Source of the DNA: the human T2T-CHM13v2.0 reference genome, Homo sapiens
DNA: 64,000 nt
Assembly (NCBI RefSeq): GCF_009914755.1
Contig: NC_060931.1
Reading direction: 5' to 3' (one strand)
In this document: positions 37,174-55,915 of the stretch, piece after piece
Position numbering within the stretch: the stretch's first letter is position 1
Layout of the letters: the number at the start of each line of letters is the position of its first letter
Translations under genes and position numbers: made by a program
Notes under the pieces: model-generated
What the model was told of the DNA's origin: nothing
Seen by the model: only the letters and a program-made list of their open reading frames with translations
The model's database searches: none

Positions 37174-37587
37174 CTATTTACCCAATTTCCCTTGCTTATG
37201 CATGCTTAAATTTTGTATAAGCTTAAATATCTTTTCCATCTAAGCTGTACTCTATCCCCTTTTATAACTTTAGGTGGCTGTCTTTATTAAAAGTTTTTTC
37301 TTGAAAGTCTTAAAACAATATAGTTCTTGGCAATTTGAAAGTTATTTGAGAAGGGGAAATTTATAATGACAATTCAAATGAAGCAAACTAAAAAATAATG
37401 AAGAAAGACAGAGGAAAAAGCAGTATTCACTTGAACACATCCCAAACAAAGAAAATTTCAAATGTAACAAGGAAAAAGCCTGCTAAAGCTCACAATACAG
37501 AAATAACTATTGATACTCAAAATAGCTTTAAAGCCCTGCTCACCTTTTGAATGTTGGGAATTGACCAGGAGGTGACTGTAACTGTAA

Positions 37588-37833
<246 letters not shown>

Positions 37834-38335
37834 TAGCGTCTATTACTGCATCATAATCTCATCTTTGGAAAGCCAGGAGCATTTTGAAAATTACATTACA
37901 GACATTGTTTAAACATAGTTTGGATTTACCAAAGCATAGGACATTGTCTTGTCTGATGTTAATTAGTCAGCTCAAGATTAGTGCTAAAGACTTAGTAATT
38001 TAGTTATTTCTCTTAGCTTTAAAATCTTTATTTCAGAACTATTTCACCTCTTGGTTTTCTTTTTTTTTTTTTTGCTCTGTGTTACTGCAGCTGCTAATCT
38101 GTGAGCTCTCAATGGATGATGTATCCTAGCAAGGGACTGAATGAGATATTAGCGGCAAATTATGTTGATGATTCATATTTTGAATAAATGGAATATTAAG
38201 CTTGTATACATCTTGAAAATAGTACTTTAATATTCTACTGTGTCATAGTCACAATGATTGGATATGAATTGAATTTTTGTACTTTTTAAATATGTTTTTG
38301 TTCTTTATTTTTAATTTTTATTATTATTTTTTTGA

Positions 38336-38443
<108 letters not shown>

Positions 38444-38844
38444 TAGCTGGGATTACAGGCGCCCACCACCATGCCCAGCTAATTGTTGTATTTTTAGTAG
38501 AGATGGGATTTCACCATGTTGGCCAGGCTGGAATCGAACTCCTGACCTCAGGTGATCCGCATGCCTCAGCCTCCCAAAGTGCTGGGATTACAGGCATGAG
38601 CCACTGCACTTGGCCTGTTCTTTAGCATTTTAAGTTGCAACTATATATCCGTAAAGTCTTATTTCCACACAACTAACACATGTTTTAGGAAGTTTGCTAA
38701 AAGACCCCTGGAGACCTTTATCGTGGTCTCCCTTTTGTCGTGTTTCATTTGCTTGATCTTTTCTGCCCTCCTGCTTTTCAGAAATTAAAAGGCTAAAAAG
38801 AGGTGCTAAATGTTAAAACTTCTCGTGTAGTCTCCCATGAGACT

Positions 38845-38889
38845 ATTAAAAGTAATGGCAAAAGCCACAGTTACTTTTGCACCAACCTA
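38845..38889. mobile_element. Partial MADE1 (Hsmar1-derived MITE)
   Basis: ATTAAAAGTAATGGCAAAAGCCACAGTTACTTTTGCACCAACCTA matches one mariner TIR half. Confidence 0.75.
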
Positions 38890-39041
38890 CTAATTCTAAG
38901 AACCACCAAAAAGGGGAAAGTTCTTGGAAAGCAGTAAAATGATATGGACAGTTGGGATGTAAAAATGTAGAAAATATGTCATTGTATGTTCAGTCATCCC
39001 AAGACCCTAGTGCTGCCCCGATGGTAGGGACTTCTTAATGA

Positions 39042-39143
<102 letters not shown>

Positions 39144-39495
39144 TAGGAAAATTCCTGTAATACTTTGTTCATGAGCATTTACACAATGGCGTTACTGTTC
39201 ATCATGGGGGTGATGTGGACAAGCCCAGCCCAGGGCTGCCAGTGAACCGTGCCACACTTTCTTACACGTCTCTCATTGTAAGGTCCTTAGTAGTGTCTGT
39301 CTAAATATTAGAAACAGTCTTTGTTTCTAGATTACAGTAAAGCTAAGGAAAAGTTGTATTTCTGTAGTTATCAGCTAACATTTCTTTTAAACTTCCAGCA
39401 TGGATATTTGGGAATTTATTTACATATTTATTACAAAGCTCTGGATCTTGGGGGTTTCATTAAAAATTATTTTTTTAACTGATAGTTTCTGTTAA

Positions 39496-39843
<348 letters not shown>

Positions 39844-40490
39844 TGATGTATAACTGAGTTGATGCTAGATTTCAATTCCTTCTTTGTCCTTTTACTATTC
39901 TGTCCTATAGCCACCTTTATATAATGATCAAAGAAATTCACAATTTGTTATCATTTTTATTTTTTATAAAATATTTAAAATGATTTAAAATAAAAATCAT
40001 TTTATTTTTATCATATTTATTATCATCTGTTATCATTTTTATTTGGATGACTATTTACTTTGCCATTAACTAGCAAGCGGTAAAATTGTATGATATGCAG
40101 TTTTAACTGAATTGCTATAAGTGAAAATTTAAATGCAATAAACCATATTGATGGTATTTGTGTTAACAAACTTAAAATGAGCATTTTTTCTTCATCATGA
40201 GTAATATAACCTACCCCTCAATGAAAATCTACAATTAGAGTAAATTTGCTAATGAATTCAGTAACTTTTCCATATTTTTAGTGGTTTACTTAAGGTTCTC
40301 TTAGTGTTTCTCCCAGTTTTTAATAGCTTACACCTTTTTTGCCCGTGGTTTTTTGTTTTTTGTTTTTTTTTTTTTTTTTTTTTTTGAGATAGAGTTTTGC
40401 TCTTGTTGCCTAGTCTGGAGTGGCACGATCTCGGCTCACTGCAACCTCTGCCTCCCAGGTTCAAGCAATTCTCCTGTCTGAGCCTCCTGA

Positions 40491-40727
<237 letters not shown>

Positions 40728-40868
40728 TGACCTAGTGGTAAGATCATAGGCTCTGGGGACACAGTGCCTTGCCACGTCTCTTCTCCTGTCTGAGTCTTAG
40801 TATCCTCTTTTGTGGTCATGAGAACTGAAGATCTATCCTGGAGATTGATAAGATAGTAAAGTGCTTCA

Positions 40869-41234
<366 letters not shown>

Positions 41235-41295
41235 TTATTATTCTTTTCTACAAATTGTGTTTAAATGATATCTCTTTCTCTTTTTGTCCTTATAG

Positions 41296-41480
<185 letters not shown>

Positions 41481-41779
41481 TAAGACTCTTGGATTCCTGT
41501 TGAACTCTTGTCTCTTTTCTGAGTAATACGTCTTTTTTATTGTTGACCAATATTCATTCACCACTAGGGTTCTATGTGATGAAGTTTGAGTTATTTTATG
41601 TATTTTTATCTTGCACTTTTTAATTTATCTGGGTCCAGCATTGCATCAGTCATGCAGTGTTGGCATTCGAAGCATGAACAGTGCCCGCACTGGATTGGCA
41701 TGCAACTCACATTTTCTTTCACAATTTTCTGCTACTTTTGCTAAAGAACATAGAATCCACGCCTTGTTTTTAGGCCTGA

Positions 41780-42043
<264 letters not shown>

Positions 42044-42363
42044 TAGGCCTGAGATTTTTAAAGCATGCGTGGGAATATATGATTGTTTTTATAGATGTGC
42101 AGAGGAAGATAGTCTTGAATGCAATATGACATTAAAGGATCCCATTTAAGATTTTTGTAATATGCTTCAAAGACCTGTGGGTTGCAAAGTTACCTCTTTA
42201 CTTGTGAGGATACATGCTCCATGAAGCACCTTATGAGACAACTTGCAATTATTAGTTTGCTTTTTACTCTGTAGAAACCTCAAATTAAGATTTAGTTGTG
42301 GGCTGGGTGTAGTGGCTCACACCTGTAATCCCAGCACTTTGGGAGGCCAAGGCGGCTGGATCA

Positions 42364-42633
<270 letters not shown>

Positions 42634-42747
42634 TTATCTTTTCTTTTCAAAACCAGCCTTACTGACTAAATGTTAAATATGTACTAGTCGTTATTAGTTT
42701 GCTGAATATTACCTAGTGATTATTGAGTATTTATTCTCACCTTTCAG

Positions 42748-42806
42748 ACATGAGCTTCTGAGTTCAACACGTGAAGATTTACAGCTTGATAAGCCAGCTT
42801 CAGGAG
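42748..42806 (+). pseudogene. GTF2I-like exon 16 (HELLSSTREDLQLDKPASG)
   Basis: AG/GT bounded, 59 nt. Confidence 0.92.
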
Positions 42807-43820
42807 GTAGGTCTTCAATCTCGAGGCAGATCAGAAGATTATGTGCAATAATTATTTCACGCTTAACATTGATTTCTTCTTTATGTTACCTTCCACATGA
42901 AATAATATGTCTCTAACTATTAATTATGTGCCATTACAGGAGAATTCATGTTGTCAAAATTCTAATAATTTCTAGAAGAATAAACGCATCTTCTTTTTAT
43001 TAACCCATTGTAAATACTTATAAATATTGCATTTATGGGTAGACAGAAGTAAAAGAACAATATTTGTTCTACTTTTGATGCAAGATTTATCTGGCATAAT
43101 GCATTGAACAGTTTATTATTGAAGTCTACACGAGTCAATGGAACAAGCATTCATTGAATGTCCATGATATGCAGGACATAAGAAGGTTTCCTTTTAGAGC
43201 ATGGAGCCATTTATATCATCTCTTAATTGTTAGATGTATTTTGTTTTGTTTTGTTTTGTTTTTTGAGAGGGAGTCTTGCTCTGTTGCCCAGGCTGGAGTG
43301 CAGTGGTGCGATCTCCGCTCACTGCAACCTCCCGCCTCCTGGGTTCAAGCAATTCTCCTGCCTCAGCCTCCCTGTAGCTGGGATTACAGGTGCCTGCCAC
43401 CATGCCCAGCTAATTTTTGTATTTTTCGTAGAGACAGGGTTTCACTATGTTGGCCAGGCTGATCTCAAACTGCTGACCTCAGGTGATCTGCCCACCTCGG
43501 CCTCCCAGAGTGCTAGGATTACAGGCATGAGCCACCGCGCCCAGCCTGTTAGATGTGTTTTAAAATAAATAGAAATATAATTGATTTTCTTGCTTGCTTT
43601 TGCTCTGGAGTGGAGTGGAGTGAGGATAAAACAGAATGGAATCACCCTGTTGATATTTACTAAGATAGAAGGACTGCAGCAAGATCATAGCCCTAATCTT
43701 CCTGTAGCAAGTGTTACCTGCTAGCTGTTCCTGAATACACTGAGTTTTGCTTTTTCCTAGCTCTAATGAATGTTTCGTTCTTCCTCTTTTTGTACAGTGT
43801 CAGCATTGTTTTAGAAATAA

Positions 43821-44211
<391 letters not shown>

Positions 44212-44285
44212 TAGTAATAATGTTTAATAATCAAGTTATTAAACCCATTAAATTGAGAACACTTGTATTACTGTTATTTTGACAG

Positions 44286-44353
44286 TAAAGGAAGAATGGT
44301 ATGCCAGAATCACTAAATTAAGATGGTGGATCAGCTTTTCTGCAAAAAATTTG
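44286..44353 (+). pseudogene. GTF2I-like exon 17 with 4-bp frameshift deletion
   Basis: 68 nt versus 72 nt for the paralogous exon at 52272; VKEEWYARITKLR and MVDQLFCKKF lie in different frames. Confidence 0.92.
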
Positions 44354-44450
44354 GTAAGTCTGTTTTTTTTAATTACCCCTTCAACTAAAATGTATTACTG
44401 AGTAACATTTTTTTAAATGTTGTTTTATTTTAGGAAAGTAAATACAGTGA

Positions 44451-44747
<297 letters not shown>

Positions 44748-45273
44748 TAAAGTGCTGGGATTATAGGCGTGAGCCACCGCGCCCGGCCCCCATTCTATGA
44801 ATTATCTGTGGAAAGTTATTTCCTTTAAAATGGCATGCTCGTGAGGTTGAAGGGGTAAAGAACATTGATCTGGTTGCCACGCAGATGAAAGTGTAGTCGG
44901 AAATGTGTTACCAGTTTGCCATAGCCGATGGAGGAGGGTAATTACGGTCCTGAACAGTTAGTAGCAAAAGGCTGCTTCCAGATAGTATTTAGGTTGTGTC
45001 CTCTATTGTCCATGATGATTTTCTTTCTCTCTTTTCTTCCTAAGGATATTGAAAAACAAACTTTAATCTTTTAAAGATCTCAGAGCTATTAAGATTGTCT
45101 TAGGACCAGGACACTTAAATCTGCCCAAATCTGGCTGTTGATGATCGGTCATCTCTACTTGTCTTTGCTGTATTAAGTCTATTCAATAGTTAATAAATAT
45201 GTTTCTAGAAAGAGTTTTTTTCAAGTAAAACAAAATTGACCTGTGCCTTTCTTTGGATTGTACTAAAATCTGA

Positions 45274-45504
<231 letters not shown>

Positions 45505-45902
45505 TAAGATGATAATCTGTAGAAATAGTTTCAGTGTCTTCCCTGAGAAGAGGTTAATTTGATGAAGAAGGGCCTTTTGTTTACCTTATGACTTATTTCT
45601 ATTGACAATGAAGGCATTAATATTTAGATTCACTTAGTGAACAAATATTAGTATAAGCATCAGATGTGCAAAATTGGGTCTAACAAGAACACTGTCCTTG
45701 GGGCCTTCATACAAAGAAAAATGCACTGAAGGCCGGGCGCGGCAGCTCACGCCTGTAATCGCAGCACTTTGGGAGGCCAAGGCAGGTGGATCACTTGAGG
45801 TCAGGAGTTCAAGACTAGCCTGGCCAACATGATGAAGCCCCATCTCTAGTAAAAATACAAAAATTAGCTGGAAGCGGTGGTGCGAGCCTGTAGTCCCAGC
45901 TA

Positions 45903-46010
<108 letters not shown>

Positions 46011-46865
46011 TCAAAATAATTAAAAAAAAAAAAAATAGAAAAATGCAACGAAGTGTTATTGAGCGTTTTTAAGGGAGAAGGCAAGGATGGCACACCTAGC
46101 TCGGTCACTTGTGCATCCAGAAGAGATGGAAGGTGTTTCAAGTGAAGGAAATCATATGAGTAGGGGGAGGAGGTGGCAAATATGCCTGCGTATCCACAGA
46201 ACTCACCCACCGTGTGTGGAGTGAGGACTGCCACGTGGGCGTGGTGGGGTTGCATGGATCGACTTGGGTGGGCAAGTGGAGGAAGGCCTGAGATCCTACG
46301 AACACAGAGGCAGTCACGAAGTGGTCTCGAGGCAGATGCCTCTGAAAATAATGTGGATCCGCCCTTTAGAAAGGTAATTCTGGCTTGATTTTGAAGGATA
46401 ACACAATGGTTAGTTTGGGTGCGGGGTTAGGAACAGAAGGCCTCTCTCCACTCATTGACGGGATGTGGAAGGGTAAACCTTCCTTACTGATTGGGGTCAT
46501 GCCTCTGTGTGTTTGTTGGGACTGAGTTATAAGGGATAGGAAACGTTTAAGATGCTACAGCGAGCTGCTTCTGGCTGTGCTGTGGGACAGTTCATCTAAG
46601 ATTCAGAAACAGAATTGAGCTGGTTTGGGGGAAAAGTGACTTTCGCCTGTTTATCTTAAATATAGGATGATTTTGAAGGTCTCACCCGAATATCTGAAAA
46701 TTGCCATTTTCAAAATAAACTCGTCACCAAAATGATTTTTTTTTCACTATAAAATGAAGGCAGGATGAACCATATTTATAACTAATTGGCAATGAACAGC
46801 TGGTGAGAAAGGCCTGTGAGTTGCTTCTAAATGCTTTATTACTAATATCAACTCTGTTTCTACAG

Positions 46866-46924
46866 ACCAGAACTTCTGACTCACAGTACCACTGAAGTTA
46901 CTCAGCCAAGAACGAATACACCAG
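46866..46924 (+). pseudogene. GTF2I-like exon 19 (PELLTHSTTEVTQPRTNTP)
   Basis: AG/GT bounded, 59 nt. Confidence 0.92.
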
Positions 46925-47057
46925 GTAAACTAGTTGTGAAATCCTTTTTTAAAAACACAGATCAGCCAGGCTCGGTGGCTCACACCTGTAATCCCAGCAC
47001 TTTAGGAGGCTGAGGCGGGCAGATCACAAGGTCAGGAGATCAAGACCATCCTGGCTA

Positions 47058-47358
<301 letters not shown>

Positions 47359-47676
47359 TCAATCCAGCCACTCCTTGATTTATCAATGTGAACACCTGCA
47401 GTGCACAGATAACTCAAGCTTTGACCGTAGACCACTGCTATCCATGAGAAAGGCAGTGTGCCCCACAAATGCAAGCCACATGTGTAATCGTCCACGTTCT
47501 AGTTCAGCCTGTAATCATTATAAAGAAATACACAGGGAAGTATTTCACGGTCTTTATCCCATGTTCTTTATTTGACAGTTGGCGCGTCTTTCATACTCAC
47601 AGCATATTTCAGTTCCAAGTAGCCACATTTCAAACATTTCAACTGCTCGGGGATAGTACCTGCTATATGCATTTAG

Positions 47677-48146
<470 letters not shown>

Positions 48147-48246
48147 TGACCTCTTTCTTTTTGTTTGCCGTTGTGTAATGTCAGAGGAAGTGACCACACT
48201 CTGTAGATCATCAGCCACCTTAGGAACTTCTGTTGCCAAGAACCAA

Positions 48247-48294
48247 TAAATGCCCATACCCTGTAGTGTGTAAATGCCCATACCCTGTAGTGTG
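48247..48294 (+). repeat. Perfect 24-bp tandem duplication
   Basis: TAAATGCCCATACCCTGTAGTGTG x2. Confidence 0.95.
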
Positions 48295-50014
48295 AAGTTT
48301 TCTGTTGTTAGAAATAAGTGTTAGGAATCAAGTATGAAATTTGTGTGTGTACTAGGTGTATACAGATTGGTGCAGTTAATCATGCTCACGACTACTAAGG
48401 TGAACAAATGTTTCAAGTTGGGTTCCTGGGTGTGCCCTAAAATACTTCTCCTTCAGCTCTCACAGCACCTTGTGGACATGAGTGAAGGTCAGTCAGTGTG
48501 CCAAATAGATTTTGTGTGGATTATGGCATGGAAAGTGGCTGAGAAATTCTGTAGCAGGGTAACAAAATTATCTTGGTCCAGGAGTCCTGTAGTGGAGAAG
48601 ATAAAAGTCAATGCTTAACTCATAGGTTAACCTCAGCATGCTTTTGATTTGGTCAAGCAATCAAAGTACTGGTGAAGAATTGAAGATTGGAAGTGACACA
48701 TTTTTTGCTCAGGGAAGTAATGGAGAAAGAAAAATCTTCCTGGAGGTAGATCTTCAGTTTGGATTAGTCTGAACATGATGAAACCTGTAGAAACCTTCAT
48801 TTCTCAAGACAAAGCTCAAATTCAAGGTTGTGAGGAATGCAGTCACCACTTTTGTTAGGGGCAGTTGTGACAGTGAGTGACTGCAAAAACTGAGAATGCG
48901 AAGCCTCTATTGTAAAAAGAATGTGCAAGTGCCATAGAAGTCACTGCAAGGATTGGGTGCTGGAGCAGTGCCGGACCTGCCATCGTCACCAGAGTGCAGC
49001 AGATTCACCAGAAGGAGAATCTCCACTCTTGTCGTCACTAACAGCACTTGACTTTGTCCCATTCATAAAAGATCTTGGAAGGAATTAAAGGTGCTTGGTG
49101 GTTCCTCATTCCAACAACACCTTACTTGGCCTGCCCGTGGAACATGCGTTAGTCTTTGGACAGGACAACTCGAGTCACAGACCACAAGAGAAAAGAATTT
49201 TGTGGCCATCAGAATTGTCTGCTTAAACACACCACGGGTGCACAGTGTCCTCAGCTTGGTGAAAGGGAGATGTCACACGCGAGAAGGCAGCGGAGCCAGG
49301 CATGTGATGGAGTGGGAGGTGGCACCTGGCTCTGTGAGGAGGCTGTGAAGTCCTGCATGGGAGGAGCAAGGTGGGGGAGGAGGGGGTGGGGGTGGGGCAG
49401 AAGAGGAGGCTGAGCAGTTAATAGAGGCGCTCGACCTTAGAGGAGGAGAGTCCGAGGTCTTTATTGGTAGTATTCAAATGTGGTTCATCCAGAGTTATTT
49501 TCTGTGGCTGAATGGCCTACTCTGAAATCCACAGGGAAAAAACAACTCACATTCAACCCTTGAGATGCTAAGTTTTCTTTTAAAGTAAAGGAAATGTTAT
49601 AAGATTTTCTGAAACCACCAACCTTTAGCGATATTGTCAGACCTTCTCCAACATTTTCCACTGCATTTGTCAGCAATCAGAGATGACCTCCACACCGAGG
49701 CGAACCCTCCACCCCCCGACCCGTTTCCTCTTTCTCTCTTTCCCTCCTTTGCTCATCCAGAAACACTTCAGTCATCCTGCATTGTCTCCAAGTTGACCTC
49801 CCTCCTCATCCGCACCTTGTCCACACCTGAATACTCTGTCCACATCAGTGATATTCTACATGTCTTTATAATAGCTTTTTTGTTTGTTTGTTTGTTTGTT
49901 TTTTAAATTTTGATGCTTAAAAGGCAATGGTTGTCTTAGGGATAGGAAAACACACCCCACTGTCACTGTGAGTGAAGCTGAATAACGTCTCTAGGTCTTT
50001 TACCATTGCTTTCT

Positions 50015-51015
50015 TTTTTTTCTGAAGTGATTTTTCCTTTTATGTCCATTGCTTTAAGCCATTCGTGAAATTGCACAGTGATTTCTGGAGTGGGGACAGA
50101 AGGAAGGCGGTAGTAAAAGTCATTGGTGCTGTGGCCCAGTTGGCTGGAGGAGGTGCAGGGCAGGGCGGCCTGCGCTGGGGCAGCTGGAGGAGCACAGATG
50201 TCCCCACGGGCAGGTGGATGAGTTCTGAGAGCTGGAGGGCCGGTACAGTGTCCTCCATGGTTCCAGCTTGTGGGCTTGATCAGGCCGTCACCTGCGGTGG
50301 CCACTGAGCTGGCGATGAACTCCGTGGCCTTGGAGTCGCCCTCGGCAGAGATGATGGCCGCCGTCTTCTGCTGCTCAGCCCTTGCCACCACAGATCTGGC
50401 CCTCTCTTCTTCCTGCTGAGCCACCTCTTTGGTTCCACTGCTTCTGCAAATTCCTTCCCGAAGGTCAGATCCAAGGTCACAGCATCCAGGAGGAACCCAA
50501 AGGTTGCTGCTTGCTCCGAAGTTAATTGCTCACCTGTCTGGAGCCCAGCTCTCCCTGCGTGATCAGTTCTCCAGCGTCAGCCTGAGCCGCCCCCAGCTTG
50601 AGGAGCTCCGCAGTGATGGATGGCAGCACATTCTTCATTGGCTTCTCCAGTAATTGGAAGATGCAAGGACCTGGCCAGCAACAAGGCGGGAAGAGGACGC
50701 CCAGTGTGATGGTGACAATCTTTGCTCACAGTGATGATTGGTGCATAATGTGGTCAAGAGCAGCAGTCAAAAATAATTGGTTTCTTTTCCCATGGGATGA
50801 GAAAGTGCGTTCCTTCCCCTATCACAGTGTCCTGAATGCCATGGAATTGGTCGAAGATGACAGACAGCTCTCTGTGCAGCATCACATTGTAGAAGGCAGA
50901 GTTCCCCACACCTCCTGCAGAAGCTAAGGACAGGGCAGACTTGGCAGCTGTGTTTCCATCTGCTGGACCCACTCACGCCTGCGTCCACTCCAACCCCCCA
51001 CATGAATTCCGTCCC
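50015..51015 (-). pseudogene. Processed prohibitin (PHB1) pseudogene, intronic and antisense
   Basis: Intronless. Minus-strand peptides [79 protein letters not shown] and SVLLQLPQ lie in different frames. Start codon is degraded to ACA (50949-50951). Poly-A at ~50015-50021; degenerate 16-bp TSDs at 49999-50014 and 51016-51031. Confidence 0.93.
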
Positions 51016-51295
51016 TTTATCATTGATTTCTGATGCGAAAAGTCACTTTGATTAGTGAAGTGTTGCTTTATGTAGATTTTTAGGCACACATCTGTTAGAT
51101 AAAACGAGGATTGCCTGTAGAGAAAGCAAATAAAAGCAAAGTCCCTCTTGTTGAAACTGGTGTGGGAGCCCTTGAACCTCATGCAGCTGGCCTCCCTGCT
51201 CTGACCGAGTTCCCTGAGGGACTTCTCCAAGGAGGAATGTGTGAGAAGCACTGATTTTGAGCACTCTTTCATGTGGACAAATTTCACTTTATTTA

Positions 51296-51623
<328 letters not shown>

Positions 51624-51701
51624 TTAATTCTGTCTTTCTGCAGTTTTTCTGATATTTGGCAAGTACTGGAAATTATTATTTTCCTTAAGACCCCAAATTT
51701 T

Positions 51702-51811
51702 CACACCAACATGGCACATGTATACATATGTAACAAACCTGCACGTTGTGCACATGTACCCTAGAACTTAAAGTATGATAAAAAATAAATAAATTAATTA
51801 ATTTAAAAAAA
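51702..51811 (+). mobile_element. Very short 5'-truncated L1PA insertion with TSD
   Basis: CATGGCACATGTATACATATGTAACAAACCTGCACGTTGTGCACATGTACCCTAGAACTTAAAGTAT plus A-rich tail; AAGACCCCAAAT at 51687-51698 and 51812-51823. Confidence 0.9.
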
Positions 51812-52240
51812 AGACCCCAAATGTTTGCTTTTAACAAAACTGAATTAAGAGAATCACTGCAGGCCGGGCATGGTGGCTCACGCCTGTAATCCCAGCACTT
51901 TGGGAGGCCGAGGCGGGCAGATCACGAGGTCAGGAGATCAAGACCTTCCTGGCTAACACCGTGAAACCCCATCTCTACTAAAAATACAAAAAGAAATTAG
52001 CTGGGCATGGTGGCGGGTGCCTGTAGTCCCAGCTACTCAGGAGGCTGAGGCAGGAGAATGGCGTGAACCTGGGAGGCGAAGCTTGCAGTGAGCCGAGATC
52101 GCGCCACTGCGCTCCAGCCTGGGCGACAGAGCAAGACTCTGTCTCAAAAAAATAAAACAAAACAAACAAAAAAGAATCACTGCAAACAAGAGTACTTTCT
52201 AGCAAAATCCATTCTGATTTGCAACAGCACTGATAAATAA

Positions 52241-52348
<108 letters not shown>

Positions 52349-52364
52349 TAAAAGCCAGTATTTA

Positions 52365-52742
<378 letters not shown>

Positions 52743-53557
52743 CTAAAGAAGGAAGGTCCCAGAAACTGGGTTTCTGTTTCTTTCTACCACTACACTTGCT
52801 ACTGAAACCAAGCAGATGACTTCATTTCTCTTGGATTCCACTTTCTCACGTGTCAGAATGGGAGAGGAAGGGAGGTGTTGGGATAAGTTTCAGTTCCACT
52901 GTTTGTACTTCTCGTCTGGCTAACACCCATGTGGCAAATAGGTTTCATCATTTGTTTCAGCTTAGATTTGTTGACAGCGGTTTCCTGGAGTGCTGTCTTG
53001 AGAACGATTCTGAGGAGGCTCAGCAAGAAAGAGTGTTTCAGTTGATTGGGTGTGTCTGTCATGGAGAAGGAAGTAAGGAGTGGGCAGTGCTAGCAAAATT
53101 CCCGGGGCACTTCTGTCCATTATCTCAATACCTGGGGTTGACATTTCCTGTCTCAGATCAGGAGTCCTGACTACCCTGCCTCTGACCACTCGAACTGAGT
53201 GCTGCTTAGCTGTATCGTAGACACCGCCTGTTTGTGAACAGACACCCTGCTTCTTGATAACACAAAGGCCAGCAGGGTCCACTGCTGTGTGGAATGGCCT
53301 TCGGTCATTTCTGCCCAGAGCATAGAGGTCATTTTCACTAATAACATAACTCTCCTTTTGATTGAAAGTGTTAAAATGTTCCTCCTAAAAGCACTTATTT
53401 TTTAGGCTCGTTCTTCAGATTTGCCCCATATCCTAAGCAAAATGCCTTCAATATGAAGTGGATATTGCTTGACCGTAGGGAGCTTGTCCATACTGTACTC
53501 GAGAATGTAGACACAAAGAAAGAATGTCTGTGTCAAATGTTATCCTCCGCAACTTAA

Positions 53558-53761
<204 letters not shown>

Positions 53762-54153
53762 TAAGTTCTTTTTGCCACTGTAGTCGTTTCTGGAATCAAA
53801 ACAATAAAATGACATTTCTGTTAAGATGTTTTTCAAGCTAGAGGTGACAGGCGTGGCTGTAAGTCCTTGATGGCAAAGCCTGGCTGTGAGCTGCAGTCCG
53901 GGTACTGTCCATTGCCCCTGCCCATACTCAATCATCTTCATCCGTGCAAGGAAAATAGTGACAATCGCCTCCGCGGAGTCACCGTGAGGCCCCGTGGTGA
54001 CTCGCAGTATGCCTGAGTACTTGAATGGAAGTTTAATTTGCTGGTTTTTATCTGCTCTGTTATTCCTGGTCAATCTTGAGAGCGACTAAATATTGATGAT
54101 TGAGTTTCTTTCTTTTTTTTGAGACGGACTCTTGCTCTGTCGCCCAGGCTTGA

Positions 54154-54339
<186 letters not shown>

Positions 54340-54702
54340 TGATCCACCCGCCTCAGCCTCCCAGAATGCTGGGATTACAGGCATGAGCCACCGTGCACGG
54401 CCTAATGATTGATTTTCTTATCTACATTTCTGCAGAATTTTAGTGGCTAAAGAAAGTACACTAGTGTTTTTTTTTTCTTTTTTAATGAAAATAGTCACTT
54501 ATTTACTCTTCATAAAATGGCTTACCAGTCATGGGAAGGAAAAGTCAGGGTCTTTTGTCCACAACACTAGGAATTATTGTGTTACAGGATGATTCTGTGA
54601 ATGCCTTTAGAAAAAAAAACCCTGATCACATCACGACCGTTTTACTAGCTGTGAGGCCACCACTGTACTGGCTACTGTAACACTTCTTGGTTTTCTTTCT
54701 AG

Positions 54703-54761
54703 ACCTGAACTAGTTATTTCCTACTTGCCTCCTGGGATGGCTAGTAAAATAAACACTAAAG
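54703..54761 (+). pseudogene. GTF2I-like exon 22 (PELVISYLPPGMASKINTK)
   Basis: AG/GT bounded, 59 nt. Confidence 0.92.
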
Positions 54762-55077
54762 GTAAGAGACTACGTGTACTCCGTATCCTATTTGAGCGCA
54801 TTAAGACACTCTTTATCCGCATTCCTTAAATCATACGGAATCGGCCAATATCTCTGTGGGGCTTGGAGTTGTTTACTTTGCTTTCTAAGGTATTTTATTT
54901 AATGGAACTATTTTTCTTTTTTTTTTTAAAAAAAACAAAACATTTCATTGGAAATGTCACATTTGCAATCCCAGTTCATTCATGTTTTCACAGCTTTGTT
55001 GAGCCCCTGTGGAGGATTACACTACAAGTTTAATTCTGCAGGTTTCTTTGAAAAGAACCAAACTGTATGAATTTTAA

Positions 55078-55293
<216 letters not shown>

Positions 55294-55603
55294 TAGCTAT
55301 GTGTTTATACAGGTTTATACAGATGACGTTAACCAAACTAGCTTTTAACTGTGAACAGCTGCCTGTGATAAAGCTAAATTTCTGAATGCTTCTAATTGAA
55401 AATTTTTAAATCCTTAATAGAAAACAGATAACATGGATCACATCATAAACTTCCCCCAAGAAAAGTCCTAAAATGCTTTTCCTTTATCATAACAAATAAG
55501 GGTGCAGAGTCATGTGGAATGTTTTATCTTTTTTTTCCTCTTCATTTTTTTCTATTCTTTTAAGGAAAGAAAGTTTAGGGTGGTTTAAACAGCAGTGCCT
55601 TGA

Positions 55604-55915
<312 letters not shown>

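Noticed and set aside
49963-51003. Prohibitin-like ORFs as a functional retrogene
   Set aside because: Start codon lost; homology is split over several frames with deletions.
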